The notes under the pieces: model-generated
The model's input: the letters and a program-made list of their open reading frames with translations, nothing else
Database searches by the model: none
Told to the model about the DNA's origin: nothing
NCBI RefSeq assembly: GCF_009834535.1
Contig: NC_045696.1
Location: 37,202,001-37,266,000, forward strand
DNA: 64,000 nt
DNA from: Camelus ferus
Taxonomy: Eukaryota
Direction: 5' to 3'
Position numbers and translations under genes: made by a program
Shown: positions 1-15,034 of the stretch, piece after piece
Position numbering within the stretch: the first letter of the stretch is position 1
Layout of the letters: every line of letters begins with the position of its first letter

Positions 1-910
1 GGAATAATGCTGTTTTCTCCCTTTGGCTACTAATTTATTTGTATTAATGTATGAAAATGCTCAAAATTAATAATACTGTGTGTTTTAAGTGTATTCTGCT
101 AGGTTTGTTTCTGAGAAAAATTATCTGTATATCTGTATATGCCTAATTTTCATTCCTTTTGGATTTTATGAAGAGATGTGACATGTCAAATGCTTTTTAA
201 AAAGCATGTATCAGCTAGGAGGCATTAAATAGATTGAGACAGATATGGAATAGACAGGAGTTCGGGTAATTATAACTGCTTCTTTATACTCAGATGTGTA
301 TTAGCAAAATATATTTTATAATGAACAATAGATTATTACTTATTCATTAGCTTACACATACTTAATGTTGATTTCACTTATAGCCCTGTGTGTATTTTTT
401 ACATGTCCTTCAGTGTAGACTTTGCACAATACATTAGTTCTTTTTCACCACAGCTAAACAGCTTTGTCAGCTCCAAACTGTGTTTTTCTTATTTTTTTTT
501 CCCGCATAATCTTTGTCCTACTATAAAATAGGTTTGGTCAATGGGAATCCACTCTGTGAGATCATAGCTCAGGTGCGTTTTTGCTCTCATGCCCATCTGT
601 TCCTGGCTCCATAGGCAACTTGGATAACATCTGTTTTACTTGTTTGTTGACATATATCAGCATTTGGGATGTGGTTGCATATAGATATCTGCACATTCAT
701 CATTCAGTTGATCCTTGAGGAACAGCCAGCATTCTTCCTTAGCTAACTTTAAAGGCTTCAAGTTCTCTCATACCTCCTTGTGTTTTACAGAACAACTGAT
801 GAGTGAGTTTGTTGGCATTTTTTGCTATGTTTATCCTATTCAAATGAAGTTACATTCCCTAACATTTATTTATTTACTACTGGGACTTGCAAAAGGGTTT
901 GGCATTTAAC

Positions 911-1869
911 CAGGGCCAGCTTCATACGTATGTGACCTGTGTTGTCACACAGGGCCTTGCACTCAGAAGGACCCCACATTCGCTTTAACACTCAGCAACC
1001 ACCATATTTGAAATTCTTAATGATTTTATCTTTGAACTTGTGATCTACAAGTGAAGACAGATGGGACAGTGAATCACACATGTGAGCAGAAGAGATAACA
1101 TACAATTTGCATATCCATGACTCCTTCTCAGCCTGTCATATACATAGTTCACAGTGTCCCAAGAGCACAGAATTCCAGAGGAACCAAGATGGACAGAAGT
1201 TCTGTGAGACTCAGAACAAGTCAAGGTCATTGCGTCTCATCTATAACCAAGGAAGTAGGAGCAATGATAGCCTTGAGAGTCACACTTTTCTCTTGGACCA
1301 GAACTTGCTTTGAAGACTTAGAGAAGGTCATGGTGTTCTAAGAAACATAAACCATCAAAGGGTGCTATTATGTTCTTTCTTACTCGCGTTACTTTTCTGT
1401 GTTGGCCCACCAATAATGCTGAAAATGATGACAGAGAAGAAAAAAGGAAAGACAGGGCAATCCAGAGATGCTTTCTCTTTCAATCCTTATCTATCAGTGA
1501 GACAGAGGTTGAGAAGTCAAATAAAAGCAGCTGAGTTAGATTTCTGCAGTGTTTCCCCTGTTCATACAAAATGCATATGCATATGTGAGCTATAAAATAC
1601 AAATTGTCTAATTTCAGGGATTTAAAAACTGCCGTACACAATAAAGGTGATGGTAAAACTCAAGCTAATGATTTAACTTTTATTTATGTCTTACCTAAAA
1701 AGGCATTATATAGCAAATAAAAATTACAATGACAATTTGAGAGACAAATCATGGAGGCATGGGAAAAGCCTTATGTTTATTACCTTTAACAGCATTTTTC
1801 CCCTGCTTTTCTAACAGGGAATCTCATTTTTATTTTTAACAGGATTTGCAAATTAAGTAGCTGGCCTTG
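911..1869 (+). mobile_element. MER45-type (hAT-Tip100) non-autonomous DNA transposon, apparently full length
   Basis: Begins CAGGGCCAGCTTCAT..GTGACCTGTG..CACACAGGGCC and ends GCAAATTAAGTAGCTGGCCTTG (terminal inverted repeats). Degenerate 8-bp TSD CATTTAAC (903-910) / AATTTCAC (1870-1877), 6/8. Matches my recollection of MER45B/C. Confidence 0.85.
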
Positions 1870-2471
1870 AATTTCACCAACCATTCTAAACTGTGTAGGA
1901 CAGTAATATTCTATAGATAATAATATGAATTTACAGTTGCTAAAACAGCAGCCAGATAGTTATTCTAGTTATGAAGATTGAAGAGAAAGAAGAGCTTCAG
2001 ATGAAAATTAGGCTAAGACTGGATCTGTTGGAAATGGTTGAAAAAATTCACCACTATGAGGTTATTCATAATTATTTCTCCCTGCACAGACATGTGAAAA
2101 AATGATAGGTGACATATTACAATATTGATGCTGTATTTTTGACATATACATGATATGTCTTCCACAGTGGAGACAGCTTCACATATTTTAATTTATGCCA
2201 CACACAGATACTGTCAGGCTATCTTATTGTCACCATTTCACATTGCAATAAAAGTGATCTGCTTGACTATGCTGGGAACAGTTACATTCCTGTGTTCAAA
2301 TTAGTAATGTCTATAAAGAGAGAAAATGTAAAATTAACATAACATCGAGGAGCAGATATGAAGCTGGTCAGCTTTACATAATGCCCTTAAGGTGTCTAAT
2401 AAAATCATACAGATTTGCTTTGCCTTTCCAGGTATTGTATGAATAAGTGTGTCAATTCTCTTCTCATTTCA

Positions 2472-4000
2472 ATTTTTTAAAAGTTTATTTTTTATTTTTA
2501 AGTTGATTTGCAACGTTGTGTTAATTTCTGGTGTATGGCATAGTGATTCAAATATATGCATATATATTCCTTTTCAAATTCTTTTTTATTATAGACCATT
2601 ACAAGTTATCAAATATAGTTCCTTGTGCAATACAGCAGGGCCTTGTTGTTTATCAATTTTACATATAGTAGTTAGTATCTACAAATCCTGAACTCCCAAT
2701 TTATCCATCCCTACCCTGTCCCTCAGTAACCATAAGTTTTCTGTGTCTGTGAGTCTGTCTCCATTTTGTAAATAAGTTCATTGGTGTCTTTTTTTTTTTT
2801 TTTTTAGATTCCGCATATAAGTTATATCATATGATAATTTTTCTCTTTCTGGCCTACTTCATTTAGTATGGCAATCAGTTACATTCATGTTGTTGCAAAT
2901 GATATCATTTTATTCTTTTTTTCTGGCTGAGTAAGTATTCCATTATATATATATATATCACAACTTCTTTATCTAGTCATCTGCTGAAGGACATTTAGGT
3001 TGCTTCCATGTCTTGGCTATTGTGAATAGTTGCTGCTATGAACACTGGGGTGCATGTATCTTTTCAAATTAGAGTTTTCTCCTGATACATACCCAGGAGT
3101 GGGATTGCTGGATCATAGGGTAAGTCTATTTTCAGTTTTTAAAGGAATCTCATACTTTTCCATAATGGCTACACCAAACTGCTTTCCTATGGGAGGGTTT
3201 CCTTTTCTCTACATCTTCTCCAGCATTTATCATTTGTGGACTTTTTAACGATAGTCATTCTGACCTATGTGAGGTGATACTTCATTGTAGTTTTGACTTG
3301 CATTCCTCTGATAATTAGCAGTCACTGAGCATTTTGTCATGTGCTTATTGGCCATTTGTATGTCTTCATTGGAGAAATGTTTATTTAGGTCTTCTGCCCA
3401 TTTTTGGGTTGGGTTTGTTTTTTTGTTGAGTTGTATGAGCTGTTTGTATATTCTGAAAATTAAGCCCTTGCCAGTTGCATTGTTTTCAAATATTTTCTCC
3501 CATTTCACAGGTTGTCTTTTTGTTTTGCTTATGGTTTCCTTTGTTGTGCAAAAGTTTATAAGTATGATTAGGTCCCATTGTTTAATTTTTGGTTTTATTT
3601 TGATTGCCTGGGTAGATTTCCCTAGGAGAACTTTACTGAGATTTATGTCAGAGAGTGTTTTGCATGTGTTCTCATCTAGGAGGCTTATAGTGTCTTATGT
3701 TTAAGTCTTTAAGCCATTTTGAGTTTACTTTTGTACATGATATGAGGAATTGTTCTAATTTCATTTATTTACATGTAGCTGTCCAGCTTTGACAACACCA
3801 GTTGTTGAGGAAACTGTCTTTCCCCCATAGTATATTCTTGACTCCTTTGTGGAAGATTAACTTACTAATGGTGTATTATGTCTGGGCTCTCTATTCTGTT
3901 CCATTGACCCATATGTCTGTTTTTGTGCCAATACCATGCTGTTTTGATTTCTGTAGCTTTGTAGTATTATGTGAAGTGGGAGGGTTATTTCTTCAGCTTC
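2472..4000 (-). mobile_element. LINE-1, 5'-truncated (ORF2 C-terminus + 3'UTR + A-tail)
   Basis: T-rich tail at ~2472-2500. ORF 3245..3508(-) gives [40 protein letters not shown], typical ORF2p C-terminal region, with frameshifts. Confidence 0.95.
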
Positions 4001-7000
4001 ATATCCACTAAAACTGAGAAGAGCTGGAGGAATAATTCTCCACCTCAGTTTTAATGGATACTTGCCATCATTTCATAACATGTAGTTTAATCTGTTAGGA
4101 TTATCATGGTCCAATTAAACTGCTCTAAATTCCTATATTATATACTGTAAATGTCTCTCAATCCTTTATTTTTTCTGTATTCATTCATTATTTTATGTTT
4201 TTAACCATTTTTAATTTCACTGTTTGCCATTTATAAAACATGATTTTTTACTCTTTGAGGTGAATGTCAGACTACTTGCTTCAAACAGATATTGGTCCAT
4301 TTAGCCTAGTCAAGATCTGAGCCACTTGGCTGAAGTTGAACTTATTTTTCCTTAACTTCGTTTCCACCAGATTTATTTGACAGGTAGTATCTTTCAATCA
4401 ATCAGATTCATATTTGATATGTGTCAGAAGGCATACAGGAACTACAGGGGTGACAGCACTTTAACTGATTTCAAGAGACACTAATTAACTGATTTGACTG
4501 GAGATGTTTCTATTATGTGACAAGATCCATAGTTTTACATAAAACATTTATTTTAAACATTTCATGGAAAATCCAATTTTGATGTTACAATACTGGCACA
4601 TGGATAAAGGCTGCTTATCCCATACCAAAATGCTTTCTCTCCTCCTGTTTTGCAATTTTTTGATTATTCTTTAACACCATAAAAAACAAACTGTCATTTC
4701 AAACAATGAATTGTGAGGACGTGCAAGTGAAAATCAGGCTGTAAAGATAAATGTTTGAAAAAATATTAACAATTTAATTATGAAATTTTGCACTCAATAT
4801 GTTAAAAATGTAATAGTTTAAAAATTTTTATGACTTCATCAAAACCTAGCAAGTCCTCAAAACATTTAAATTTTTAATTACCAAGGAAATTAACCAAAAG
4901 TGGAGTTGTGAATCCCAAATTCTAATGTCATTTATTAAACGTAGGGCATGAAATTGTGCTTTGTTAATGTATTTTTTGTTACTACATAAAGTGAGTACCA
5001 ACTAGCATCTCATAAGTCTTCCCACCAAATGTTCAGTAATTTTGATTTGAATTAATAGTAGTTACTTAACAAAATCTGAGAGTTTCTGTTTAGGAATTGT
5101 TAGGGAAAAGTACGTTCACTACATGGGCCCCACACCATCATCCAGATGGCAAAACATATGGTGTTGCTAGAATTGTCACTCCGAGGACTTCATGTGCTTC
5201 AGCTGCTTGATGACAGAGTGAGCAATTCACACAGTTTTCTCATCATGGTGGAATGAGTAGAATTTGACTATAGTATTATATATTGATTTCAGATAACTGG
5301 ATTTCGTTTAAAAAGCTTTAAATTCTTAACAGCATTATTTAATTAAATAGAAGTGTGTGTTAAATATTTTGGACAAAAAAATTGTTGAAGGAATTTACCA
5401 GATGTCACACAAAATTCAGTCAATTCAATTGTAATTTTGGTTGTTTTTATATGCTATTAAGTGAATTAATTGGCTGGGTTTTGTTTTCAGTTACGAATAA
5501 TGTTTTGATTTTATGTAGATAGATTTGCAGCCCCTTTTTGTGCTAAAAAGAAGATAGAGAGAATTACAGTTAAGGAGCTTAGTGCTACAGTCGTTTGACC
5601 ACAGGTTTTTCCTTGCTTCTTCAAGCCTTTTTATGATATCAATAATGATATGAAATAGTTTACTAGTCCTTCTGTACGTCTATGTTGTGTTAACTGCTTC
5701 AGGAACAAAAACTGGCTTACATAAGTGCTCTAAATCATTTTGTGAAATAAGAGATGATGATATGACTCAATATTTGAGAGAAAACTGGAAAGTGATTGAA
5801 TTTTTCAAAGAAGCAAAGTGCTAGTGGCTTCCCTGACCTAACAGAGAAACTCTGGCTTTGTAAACTTGATGGCACATTGTTCTTGGAGCAAGGATTGATT
5901 GACTCTTAAAAGTAAACCCAAGTAATATAAGCAGATGATATACTAATAATTTACACATGCAAGTTCCTATTTGTGATTAAAGATGCAGAATAACTGAATG
6001 TATGTCTTTTCAATTAATTTCTCAAACCCATTAATTGGAAATGAGATTTCTATTATTATTTTTCAGAAATGCCTTCTGAGGTTCATTTAGAGTGTGACGA
6101 TCAGTCTATTTTTTTTTTTAAGCAGTGGGAAGGAGTGAGGGAAGTTGGCCTGCCTGTCAGAGCTCTAAAGATTATTACTCAACAATTTGACGATAGAAAC
6201 TGAAAAAAAATTCTAATTATATCTGAATTTTGAATTTTGCCTTTAGAGGTAAGAACAGACTTAGGAAGATAATCGTCAGTTATATTGGACTATTTTGCCC
6301 AAAAGTTGCTAAGAAAAGTTTTTTAATAGGAAGTTAGCTACAGCTTTCCAAATACAGGAAAAAAAAAAAAGTCTGTTAACAATTTGCTGGTAAGAAACAC
6401 ATTCTGACAAAGACATGGTTATGGAGTGAATACTTGTGTGATACCATTATAATAAGCATAACTTGAAAGGGAAAGGCCTAATCTTTGCAGTGTGATGGAA
6501 CAGAACATACAAGGAAAGTAATACTATTCAGTTCTGATTTTATTCTTCTACACCAATTGAGAAAAAAGGAATTGAATAAAATCATTTCAAGGAACAGAAA
6601 TATTTGAAAACTGTCTCTTTGAAGTTTAATTTCTACATGGTACCAGTATATCCATAGAAGGTGTACTATGTACGTATTTCATATTTATTTAAATATTATG
6701 TGAAACATTTAAATACTTTAACCTATCATGGAACAATGATTCACCATTTGTAGAGGTGATATTTAAACATAAAATATTTCAGCATAATATTACAAAATTA
6801 ATACCTCAGGAAAATTCCACAGGGGAGAAAGTTTATTTTGATAAACAAATCATGTCAAAGTTTAAGGGAGCACTTACAACTCAGTGAATCTGTCATTATT
6901 TAAAAATCAGATTTAATTTACATTGATTGGAGGTTTGAGCTAATAACTCTGTGGGTATTCTCTACTGAGGTCTTGTATTATCATCTTTAAATAGCATTTG

Positions 7001-7289
7001 ATATCTTAGCCAAATGCTTTTTAAAAATAATATGAACAAGAATAGCTGAAAAAAATCAGAAAAACTTGGCAAGCAAACTGCTATAGAAGACCAAATTCTA
7101 CAAAATCAAGCTGAGCAGGAAGAAATTCAAAATAAGTATAAAAGTAATCTGTAAGTGGTGAGGCCTGGTTTAACAGCAGATGAAGGAGAGGACAAGAAAA
7201 AATCTTGGAATTTTTTTGCTAAACTTAGATAATATAGCTAATAAATTGGTTAAAATATGTATTAATACCAATTGATTATGGCACCCAGG

Positions 7290-7500
7290 TCAAGAGAGTG
7301 TCCAGCCCTACTCTAGTGAAAATAGATCTAAGCACATATGGCACATTGTGTCTAGTTTTCAAGATCGTATTTAAGGGGACATGGATAGGTTAGCCTGTGT
7401 GTGAAAGATACACATAGGAATGAGGAGTGGGAGAAGCAGTGTGTAAGAGTTGAATACTAGGGAACAGGGTTTAATTTGGAAAAGCTGATGGAAATGGTAG
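7290..7500 (+). mobile_element. Possible CR1/L3 LINE relic
   Basis: Weak resemblance to the L3 3' region (CCCTACTCT..CACATATGGCACATTGTGTCTAGTTTT..TTTAAGGGGACATGGA). Confidence 0.35.
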
Positions 7501-7699
7501 AGGGAAATATCCAACTCCACATTCCATCTTCTAACCTCCCTGGACTACTTGACTGATGCTGCCAGTGTTCTACAATTTTCTGTCTCCATAGTTTTTTGTC
7601 AGCACTTCAAATTGCAATGCTGAATCTTTTTCTTTTTTTCTTTTTTTTCCATCCAGAGATTGATTAAAATTCCAATAATGCTTTAAAGTCAGCCTCTAA

Positions 7700-7910
7700 A
7701 ACTATCTCACCCACATGCTTCCTTCCAGGAGGGTCTTCCTTCCCTGCCCTCCAACTGAACTCAGCACAATGGGGATCACATTCTTCCATGTATGATAACA
7801 TCCTGGAAGTTTATTTTATCCCCACAGGAAGGATGACTCGATGTCTTTTCCATCTTATAACTCTCACAGCTTTTGGTATAGTCTAACAAATACTTAATGG
7901 AAACATTTTG
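7700..7910 (+). mobile_element. L2 LINE 3' relic
   Basis: CTTCCTTCCAGGAGGGTCTTCCTT...CAAATACTTAATGGAA resembles a degraded L2 3' end. Confidence 0.4.
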
Positions 7911-8390
7911 TTAATTAACTATCCATTGATATTCAATTGAAAACAAGATTATTCATGTTTCTGAGAGTGGGATAGGCATAGTACAAAGGGGAGAGGGCAT
8001 GTGTAATTGTATTGACATAAGAAAATGCTAGAAGTGATTAAATTCAACATGTTTTAGAAATGTAATGATGATTATTTAAAGCAAGTAGACTCCTATTCAT
8101 GAATGCATAAGCAGAACAAATTAAAATTAGTGTCAGTAAAATGTCTTTAGAAATAAATGAAACACTTGCAGAAAGATACAGTTCAAACAGATGTATAAAT
8201 TAGAGGTGAAATTTTTTGCAGTAATGAAGAATAGGCCTTTGATAACTACATATCAGATTTTAATGCTTTTAATGGATCTAAATTATCATGAAACCTATAA
8301 TAACAAATCAGGTAGCATTAACAGATATTTTTCAGTAGCATGTATGTGGCAGGGTGTGGGGTTTTCAAAAAGAGGGTTCCTAAAATATTT

Positions 8391-8843
8391 TGTCAACTTA
8401 AAAAATAAGAGTACAATTCAAGCAGCAAAGTGTCTGGGATCAAATAATTGCAATTTGGGATGCACAGATTTAGGCAGACACTCAGTTTCCTGGTTACAGG
8501 AGAGGAGATCAGGACTTCATGGGAAAAAGAAAGATGAGGTAAGTTGTTTTTGACAAGAACTTATCGGTGCAAGATGAGGTAATCAATCAGGTGAAGTGTT
8601 AATTGGTAAAAGATGAGTTAAAGCTAGATTTGTACTACTTAGATTTGTCAGGTGAAGTGGTCACTAGGTAAAAGTTCATTTATCAGTCCTTTCAACAGGA
8701 TAGATCTTCTAGTTTCTTTGCTTCTCAGAATATTGGTGCTTAGTTCAGTTCAGAGGTGGATAAAACAAGACATGCAAGGCAGCTCCTCTGGAATGACCGT
8801 TTTGGCTCTATTTTAAATGGCTCCACTCATGTCATCTTTCACA
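8391..8843 (-). mobile_element. Solo LTR, probably ERV1 class
   Basis: 453 bp bounded by TG..CA (TGTCAACT / TTTCACA), with near-TSD ATTT/GTTT. The minus strand carries GCATCCCAAATTGCAATT, a motif I recall from ERV1 LTR R/U5 regions. CAGGTGAAGTG is repeated internally. Confidence 0.6.
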
Positions 8844-10295
8844 GTTTTTTAGTAGTGAGAACATCTAGATCTTTGCTGTAATTTAATTATTTTAGTATCA
8901 GAAGCAAGGTAGCATTATAATAGTGGACTAGAGAGGAGAACCAGGGAAAAATAAAAGTCTGATTTTGGTTCTGTTTCTCTGAAAGAGACACATCTTTGCC
9001 TTTCCATGACATCAGCAATAAATACTCCTTCATGCTAATTCAAAGGGACAGTTGCAGCTTATTAATGTAGTAAATAGACGGTAAAAATCTTGTAGGTCTT
9101 TATCAAAAGAGATAACATTACTACTCAGTCTTTAACACTATGGTGACATTTGGCATAGTACAGTTGTTTGTTCATAATGCAATGCTTCTTTCTGGCATTA
9201 ATTGCGGTATTATTCACTGAGGTGAAAAAAATGTTTGGCACAAACAGCAGACTATATAGTCTTTCAAAAAGAGGTCTTTGCATGACACTATTCCTAAGAG
9301 ATTTGCTTCAGTTAAAAGCATTCTTCTGTCCTGTGGATATTTGTGTACATGTCTGATTGAGTGGAAAAAACTGCTGGAGAAAAATGAGATCACAAATGTA
9401 TGTTTTGGCTGCCATCAAGTCAATACAGTAATAGGTTGGTGAAAACATCAAAACACAATCAAAGCTTCCTTCAGTGTCTGAGTGCAGTATTGACTGGGCA
9501 GTCAGCCAGAAAAGGTCATTTTTTTCCCCCCATTTCATCAGTAATCATGAAGGAAATAAATATGAGGATCATGATTTTTGTAAAAAAAATTTACATGGTT
9601 GCTCTAAGAAGATAGTTTGAATAATTTTATTAAGTATGTATTTATTTGCTTAGGTTGATAAGCCAAAATATAACAATGAGGCATTGACAACCAAGTGAAT
9701 CTGTGCTTGCAAATGATTAACAGAGAAAAATATACTACAATTTAATACATACTTATGGAAATTGACACATTTTTTAACATGAAAATACTTGGAAAAACCT
9801 TTGGTACATTTTTAAAGACAAAAGGAAAGAAAACAAAATCTGACTACAAAAGAAAGCTTTCAATCAATAGTTCCATGTGAATTATAATAACAAGTTTGAA
9901 TATGGGATCTGTGTGATCAGATCAGCATCACCTTGCAAAATCAATGCAATGTATAATAATATGGATATATAAGTCACAAGAGAAAAAGCTACTATATGGT
10001 CCATCAACTTGAAATCTTCTCCCTCACTATGTTGAAAATTTGCTCTTTTAGCACATATTTTAATGATATGCTTTGTAGGAGGAAACATATTCTAATATTT
10101 AAAACAATAAAAATTAAACCTATTATGCATTCTTATATATATTGTGCTGGTTGGTAACCATCAAAACCAGAAAAAGTATTTGTGTCTATGAGTTAAGCAG
10201 TGATATAAAAAACAGAAAAACAGTGGTTTTGATATCTAACCATGCTTACATTCAATGTGTATTTTATACTAGGCAGGATAAATGGCTTGTGTTCC

Positions 10296-11507
10296 ATAAA
10301 CCTCCTAGAAGAGAACATAAGCAAAACGTTCTCTGATATAAATCATAGCACTGTTCTCCTAGGTCAGTCTACAAAAGCAATAGAAATAAAAGCAAAAAAA
10401 AAAAAAAAAAAAACCAAAAAACCCAAGGGGACTTAATCAAACTTATAAGCTTCTGCAGAGCAAAGGAAATCATAAACAAAACAAAAAGACAACGTATGGA
10501 CTGGGAGAAAATATTTGTAAATGATGTAACTGACAAGGGCTTAATTTCCAGAATATACAAACAGCTCATACAACTCAATAACAAGAAGAAGTGGGCAAAA
10601 GACCTAAATAGACATTTCTCCAAAGAAGGCATATAGATAGCCAACAGGCACATTAAAAGATGCTTAATATCGCTAATTATCAGAGAAATGCAAATCAAAA
10701 CTACGAGGTATCACCTCACATCGGTCAGAATGGCCATCATTAAAATTCCACAAACAATAAATGTTGGAGAGGGTGTAGAGAAAAGGGAACCCTCCTACAT
10801 TGTTTGTACGAATGTAATTTGGTGCAGCCACTATGGAAAATAGTATATAGATGCTTTCAAAAACTAAAAATAGAGTTACTATACGATCCAGCAATCCCAC
10901 TTCCAGGCAAATATCAAGAGGAAACTCTAACTCGACAAGATACATTCACCCCAATGTTCACAGCAGCACTATTTACAATAGCCAAGACAAGGAAGCAACC
11001 TAAATTTTCATCAGTAGATGATCGGATAAAGAAGATGTGGTGTATATACATACATACATACATACATATACACACAATGGAATACTACTCAGCCATAAAA
11101 AAGAATGAAATAATGCCATTTGCAGCAACACAGATAGACCTAGAGATTATCATACTAAGTAATTCAGACAGAGACAAATATCATATGATATCACTTATAT
11201 GTGGAATCTAAAAAAAATGATACAAATGAATTTGTTTATAAAACAGAGAAGAGGCTCACAGATATAAAAAACAAAATTATAGTTACCAAAAGGGGAAGGG
11301 GTGATAGGGATAAATTAGGAGTTTTGGATTAGCAGATCAAACTTGATAAACAACAAGGTCCTACTGCATAGCACAGGGGACTACACTCAGTATCTTGCAA
11401 TAAACCTATCATGAAAAAGAATATGAAAAAGAATGTATATATGTATAACTGAATCACTATGCTGTATACCAGAAAATCAACTATATGTTAACAACAACAA
11501 CAAAAAA
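10296..11507 (+). mobile_element. LINE-1, 5'-truncated (ORF2 C-terminus + 3'UTR)
   Basis: NLLEENISKTFSDI; ORF 10804..11211 LVQPLWK..YDPAIPL..MFTAALFTIAK..MEYYSAIKKNE is ORF2p C-terminal sequence; (AAC)n/A tail at ~11490-11507. Confidence 0.95.
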
Positions 11508-12639
11508 TTTTAAGTCTATTTCCCCAAGTACTGCAATGAGTAAAGAAACCTAAGCAAATTCTCACTCCACAATAAAATATATCCTAATTATAAAATGCAA
11601 GAAATGTTACAAAGAAAATAAATATGCTACAGGCATCAGAATATTTAAAGTTATCCTCAGTCTATAAATGAGTTAAAACTCTAATTAATATGTTGTTATA
11701 TAAAACATGAAGAAATATTAGCAAGATTATGTTGGGGTAGTTAGGGGCAGGAAAAGGTTTATTATTGCTGAAACAAAACAAAAACCTTGGAATTGAGGCA
11801 AATGAGAGGATAAATCAGACTGAGATTTAACAAGATTCTTTTCAGAAGAGCAAACATAGCTGGGCTTGGAGTGGGGAAAATGGAGTCATTTATCTACTGA
11901 AAGTTAGAATTACCAAGGAGAAGACAATGGGGCTTCAGGATTTTGATCAAAACTTGAGTAGCAGGCATCTTTGGGTAAGGTCAGCTGTGGCATGCCCATA
12001 TTATTGACAATTTTTCATGAGGAAAATAGTTTTCAAGAAAATTGCCCTAGGCTTTGTGTCTATTTCCAAAGAATCTTTTAGCGAATCTTCAGGTTTTCGT
12101 GTATTCACAATAAAATGGGCTGTATTAGATACTTTGACTTATATAACCTTAAGTCTAGTTTTCAAGGGGCATTAATGCAGAATAATTTAGTATTATTATT
12201 TTATTATAGAAGAAATATTAAAGAAAACTGGCAGCTAACCTATAGATTGTCTATTATTATTCTCATATTGTTTTGAGCTGATGGCAAGGGCATAAGTAAC
12301 TGTATTTTCCTGCATAGCATTATTGATAACGGGAACACTGGAATAAAAGTGACAAAAAGAGGCAGAATTTTAAAATTAAAGACTTTATATTATATATATA
12401 TAGTCAGATATGTATTATATCAGATGTAAGGAGCAGGGACCAATATACACGTTCAGTTGAGTCACAGATGTAATTATTTTGCCATGCTAATGAAATTTTT
12501 ATAGATGGAAGATGCATAGCATTTTGGTTTGGATACTGTTAAGTTGTACAGAGTACTGACAAAAAGAATACCTCAGGTTGCTTATTACTGATCCTGTGTT
12601 TCAAGTATTTAAAACTGAAATCGTGAAACATAGCATAAA

Positions 12640-12980
12640 TATGCCAAAGAACTCACGGGTATGGTATAAAGAAGAAAAATACTGGACAGTTGTGTAACTA
12701 ACACCCAGATTGAGATATAAAGCAGCAGTATCTCTGAAGCCACCTCTCTGCCAGGTTTTGTCTTCTGTGCCCCGAAGTAGTTCACATAGACATGATGTGG
12801 CAAATGCAGAGCTGGGTTTAGTGCTCCGCTGACCTTTCCTGGTTCCTAGATTCACCCCACGTTTTATTCTGCACATTCTTGTCAGCTTATCTTTACATTT
12901 ATGAGAGTTCCTTTTAAAAATAATTATTCCAACATTATAGTTGTTTACAGTAACAGGAAGGCTGGTCAGTATACCATAAT
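12640..12980 (-). mobile_element. Ancient L1 (L1ME/L1M5-like) fragments
   Basis: GTGTAACTAACACCCAGATTGAGATATAAAGCA resembles an old L1 3'UTR; the remainder resembles an old L1 5' region. Confidence 0.4.
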
Positions 12981-15034
12981 CTTTCCTGAAATACCAATTA
13001 GTGAAAGATGTTTTTATACTTGAAATATAAATTAGTAAGTATCAACTTGGTTTTAATCCAACCAGGGTCATATTTTATCCATGCAAATGGATTTGTAGAT
13101 CATTATAGTAGATAGTGTGTGGGTGGCTGGAATACTTGCTAATTTTATAAAGGAAAGGAATGCATTTACTTCTCCAGAAGTGCTCTCTTAAAAATTATCC
13201 TAGAATAAGTATCATTTTTACTTAATAAATATTAGATGTGTTAAATATTATCCTAGACTGGAGCATTGGAACCCAGAGCATTTTCCATGCCCTTGCAAAT
13301 GTGGCAACAGAACAATTCCAGGGAAGGAAAAATTTGTACTTTTTATTAAAATCGTCAAAGTACCAGTGCTGGCAACTGCTGAGAGCTGTAAAGAAAATAA
13401 AATATTACGATTTGAAGAGATAAAAAATCGTGGTGCCTTCATATCAGAAACATTTTCTCTACCCAGGCAATTTTTGAGACTGTTAATACAAAAATAAAGA
13501 AAATAGATAGGGAAGCTAGAGTAAAAAATAATGGCATCATGACAGATGTTTCAGGCACAGTTAAAATGGTTATTGTGGCAATAGCTCAGCAGTACTAGGA
13601 CGAAGAATGGAAGATAAGCAACCACTTTACAGGTAGAAGGAATGACAGTTTGCCCTATACCAGCATCGTGGGCTAGTCAGATGCATTTGACAGATAATCA
13701 GTAGGGTATTTTTATATATATGTATATCACTCTGATAGCCACTTCTGAAGGAACATCTAAGTGAATCAAAAGAATACTAGAATTTGACCTATTTCTTTAT
13801 CTTTTCACTTAAAGTTACCTAAAATTATAAAATTTGAATGACAAAAACAGTTCTGTATCTCCTTTTACATCATGATTCTATTAAAATATAAATCATTCCA
13901 GGAACTATCTGAATGGTTAGGCCTTTCTTCATTATATTTTTCTCCACCATTGAAAACTGAACTCAAAAATCCTTTTTTTTCTAACGAATACCTAATTCAG
14001 TTGTATCTGACATACTGATCGTTTGCATTTGTATTTCTGTCTATGCATATGCTTGAAATAACCCTTGAAATATTCAGGAGGGAGGGTGAAGGCCGGAAAA
14101 TTCTACCTACATCACTCTTTGCTCCAGAACGTCAGTTTTTAGCTGTAAACTGGTGAATCTGACTTAATTTTCATTTAGTCAGAGTCTCTTGGCTTCAATT
14201 ATTTGAGAAAAAAATAAGTCTCTGAACATAGGGTTGACACAGAGATTGTATTTCTGTTCTGTTTTAAGCTGGACTATGGTTTTGAACAATTACTCACTAA
14301 TTCCTAACAATTATTATAACAATCAAACAAGGATATCTATTTGAAAGTATCTGCAAAAGCAAAATCGTATTCAAGTGATTTTAAAGCTACTTCCATCATA
14401 GTGTCTATATTTGACAACATTTTCAATATAAGATTTGTTTACTAGGAGGTTAATTATCCCTGTTTTCCAGTGTATGTTCAATCTAAAAATGTATATTTAG
14501 AATAATGTTAAATCTTTTTAAGAAAGAGAAACATACAGGTTTTACAAATACAGGCATCTTTTCTGAAGCTTTTTCTTGTATAAAACACTCCAAAAATGGT
14601 TACCAAGTATGATTCACTGCTGACAAAAAAGCAAGAAATGTGAAGGATTTGCTAAGTACCAATTTTTTAGTGTAGTTTTTTGCTGTTCACTTTATTATTC
14701 CATGGTTGACATTTTCAGCGGTGGAATTCAGTATATTTTGTTAGAATTCATTGTTAACCTGACATGGCTTTTGTTTGCTGTGATGTGTTGTAGGTAGGAA
14801 TGAACAGGCCTATAGGATTTCTAGCTGTTAAGACAGAAGAACAAAAATTACCACTTTTAATTATTTTAAAGTTTAAAACCATCTCAGGAAACCTTCATCA
14901 TCGCAATATATTTTAAAATAAACTGCATTAAGGCACATGAAATTATAAATATATCATTTTTACCCTCCCACCAAATGTCACACTCATTTCTCTCTTGTGA
15001 ATGAAAATATAAAAGTTTAAATACATTTTTTAAT

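Noticed and set aside
8191..8553. 120-aa ORF
   Set aside because: No recognisable domain, and it crosses into a solo LTR.
10804..11211. 135-aa ORF as a host gene
   Set aside because: It is L1 ORF2p C-terminal sequence in a truncated, frameshifted element.
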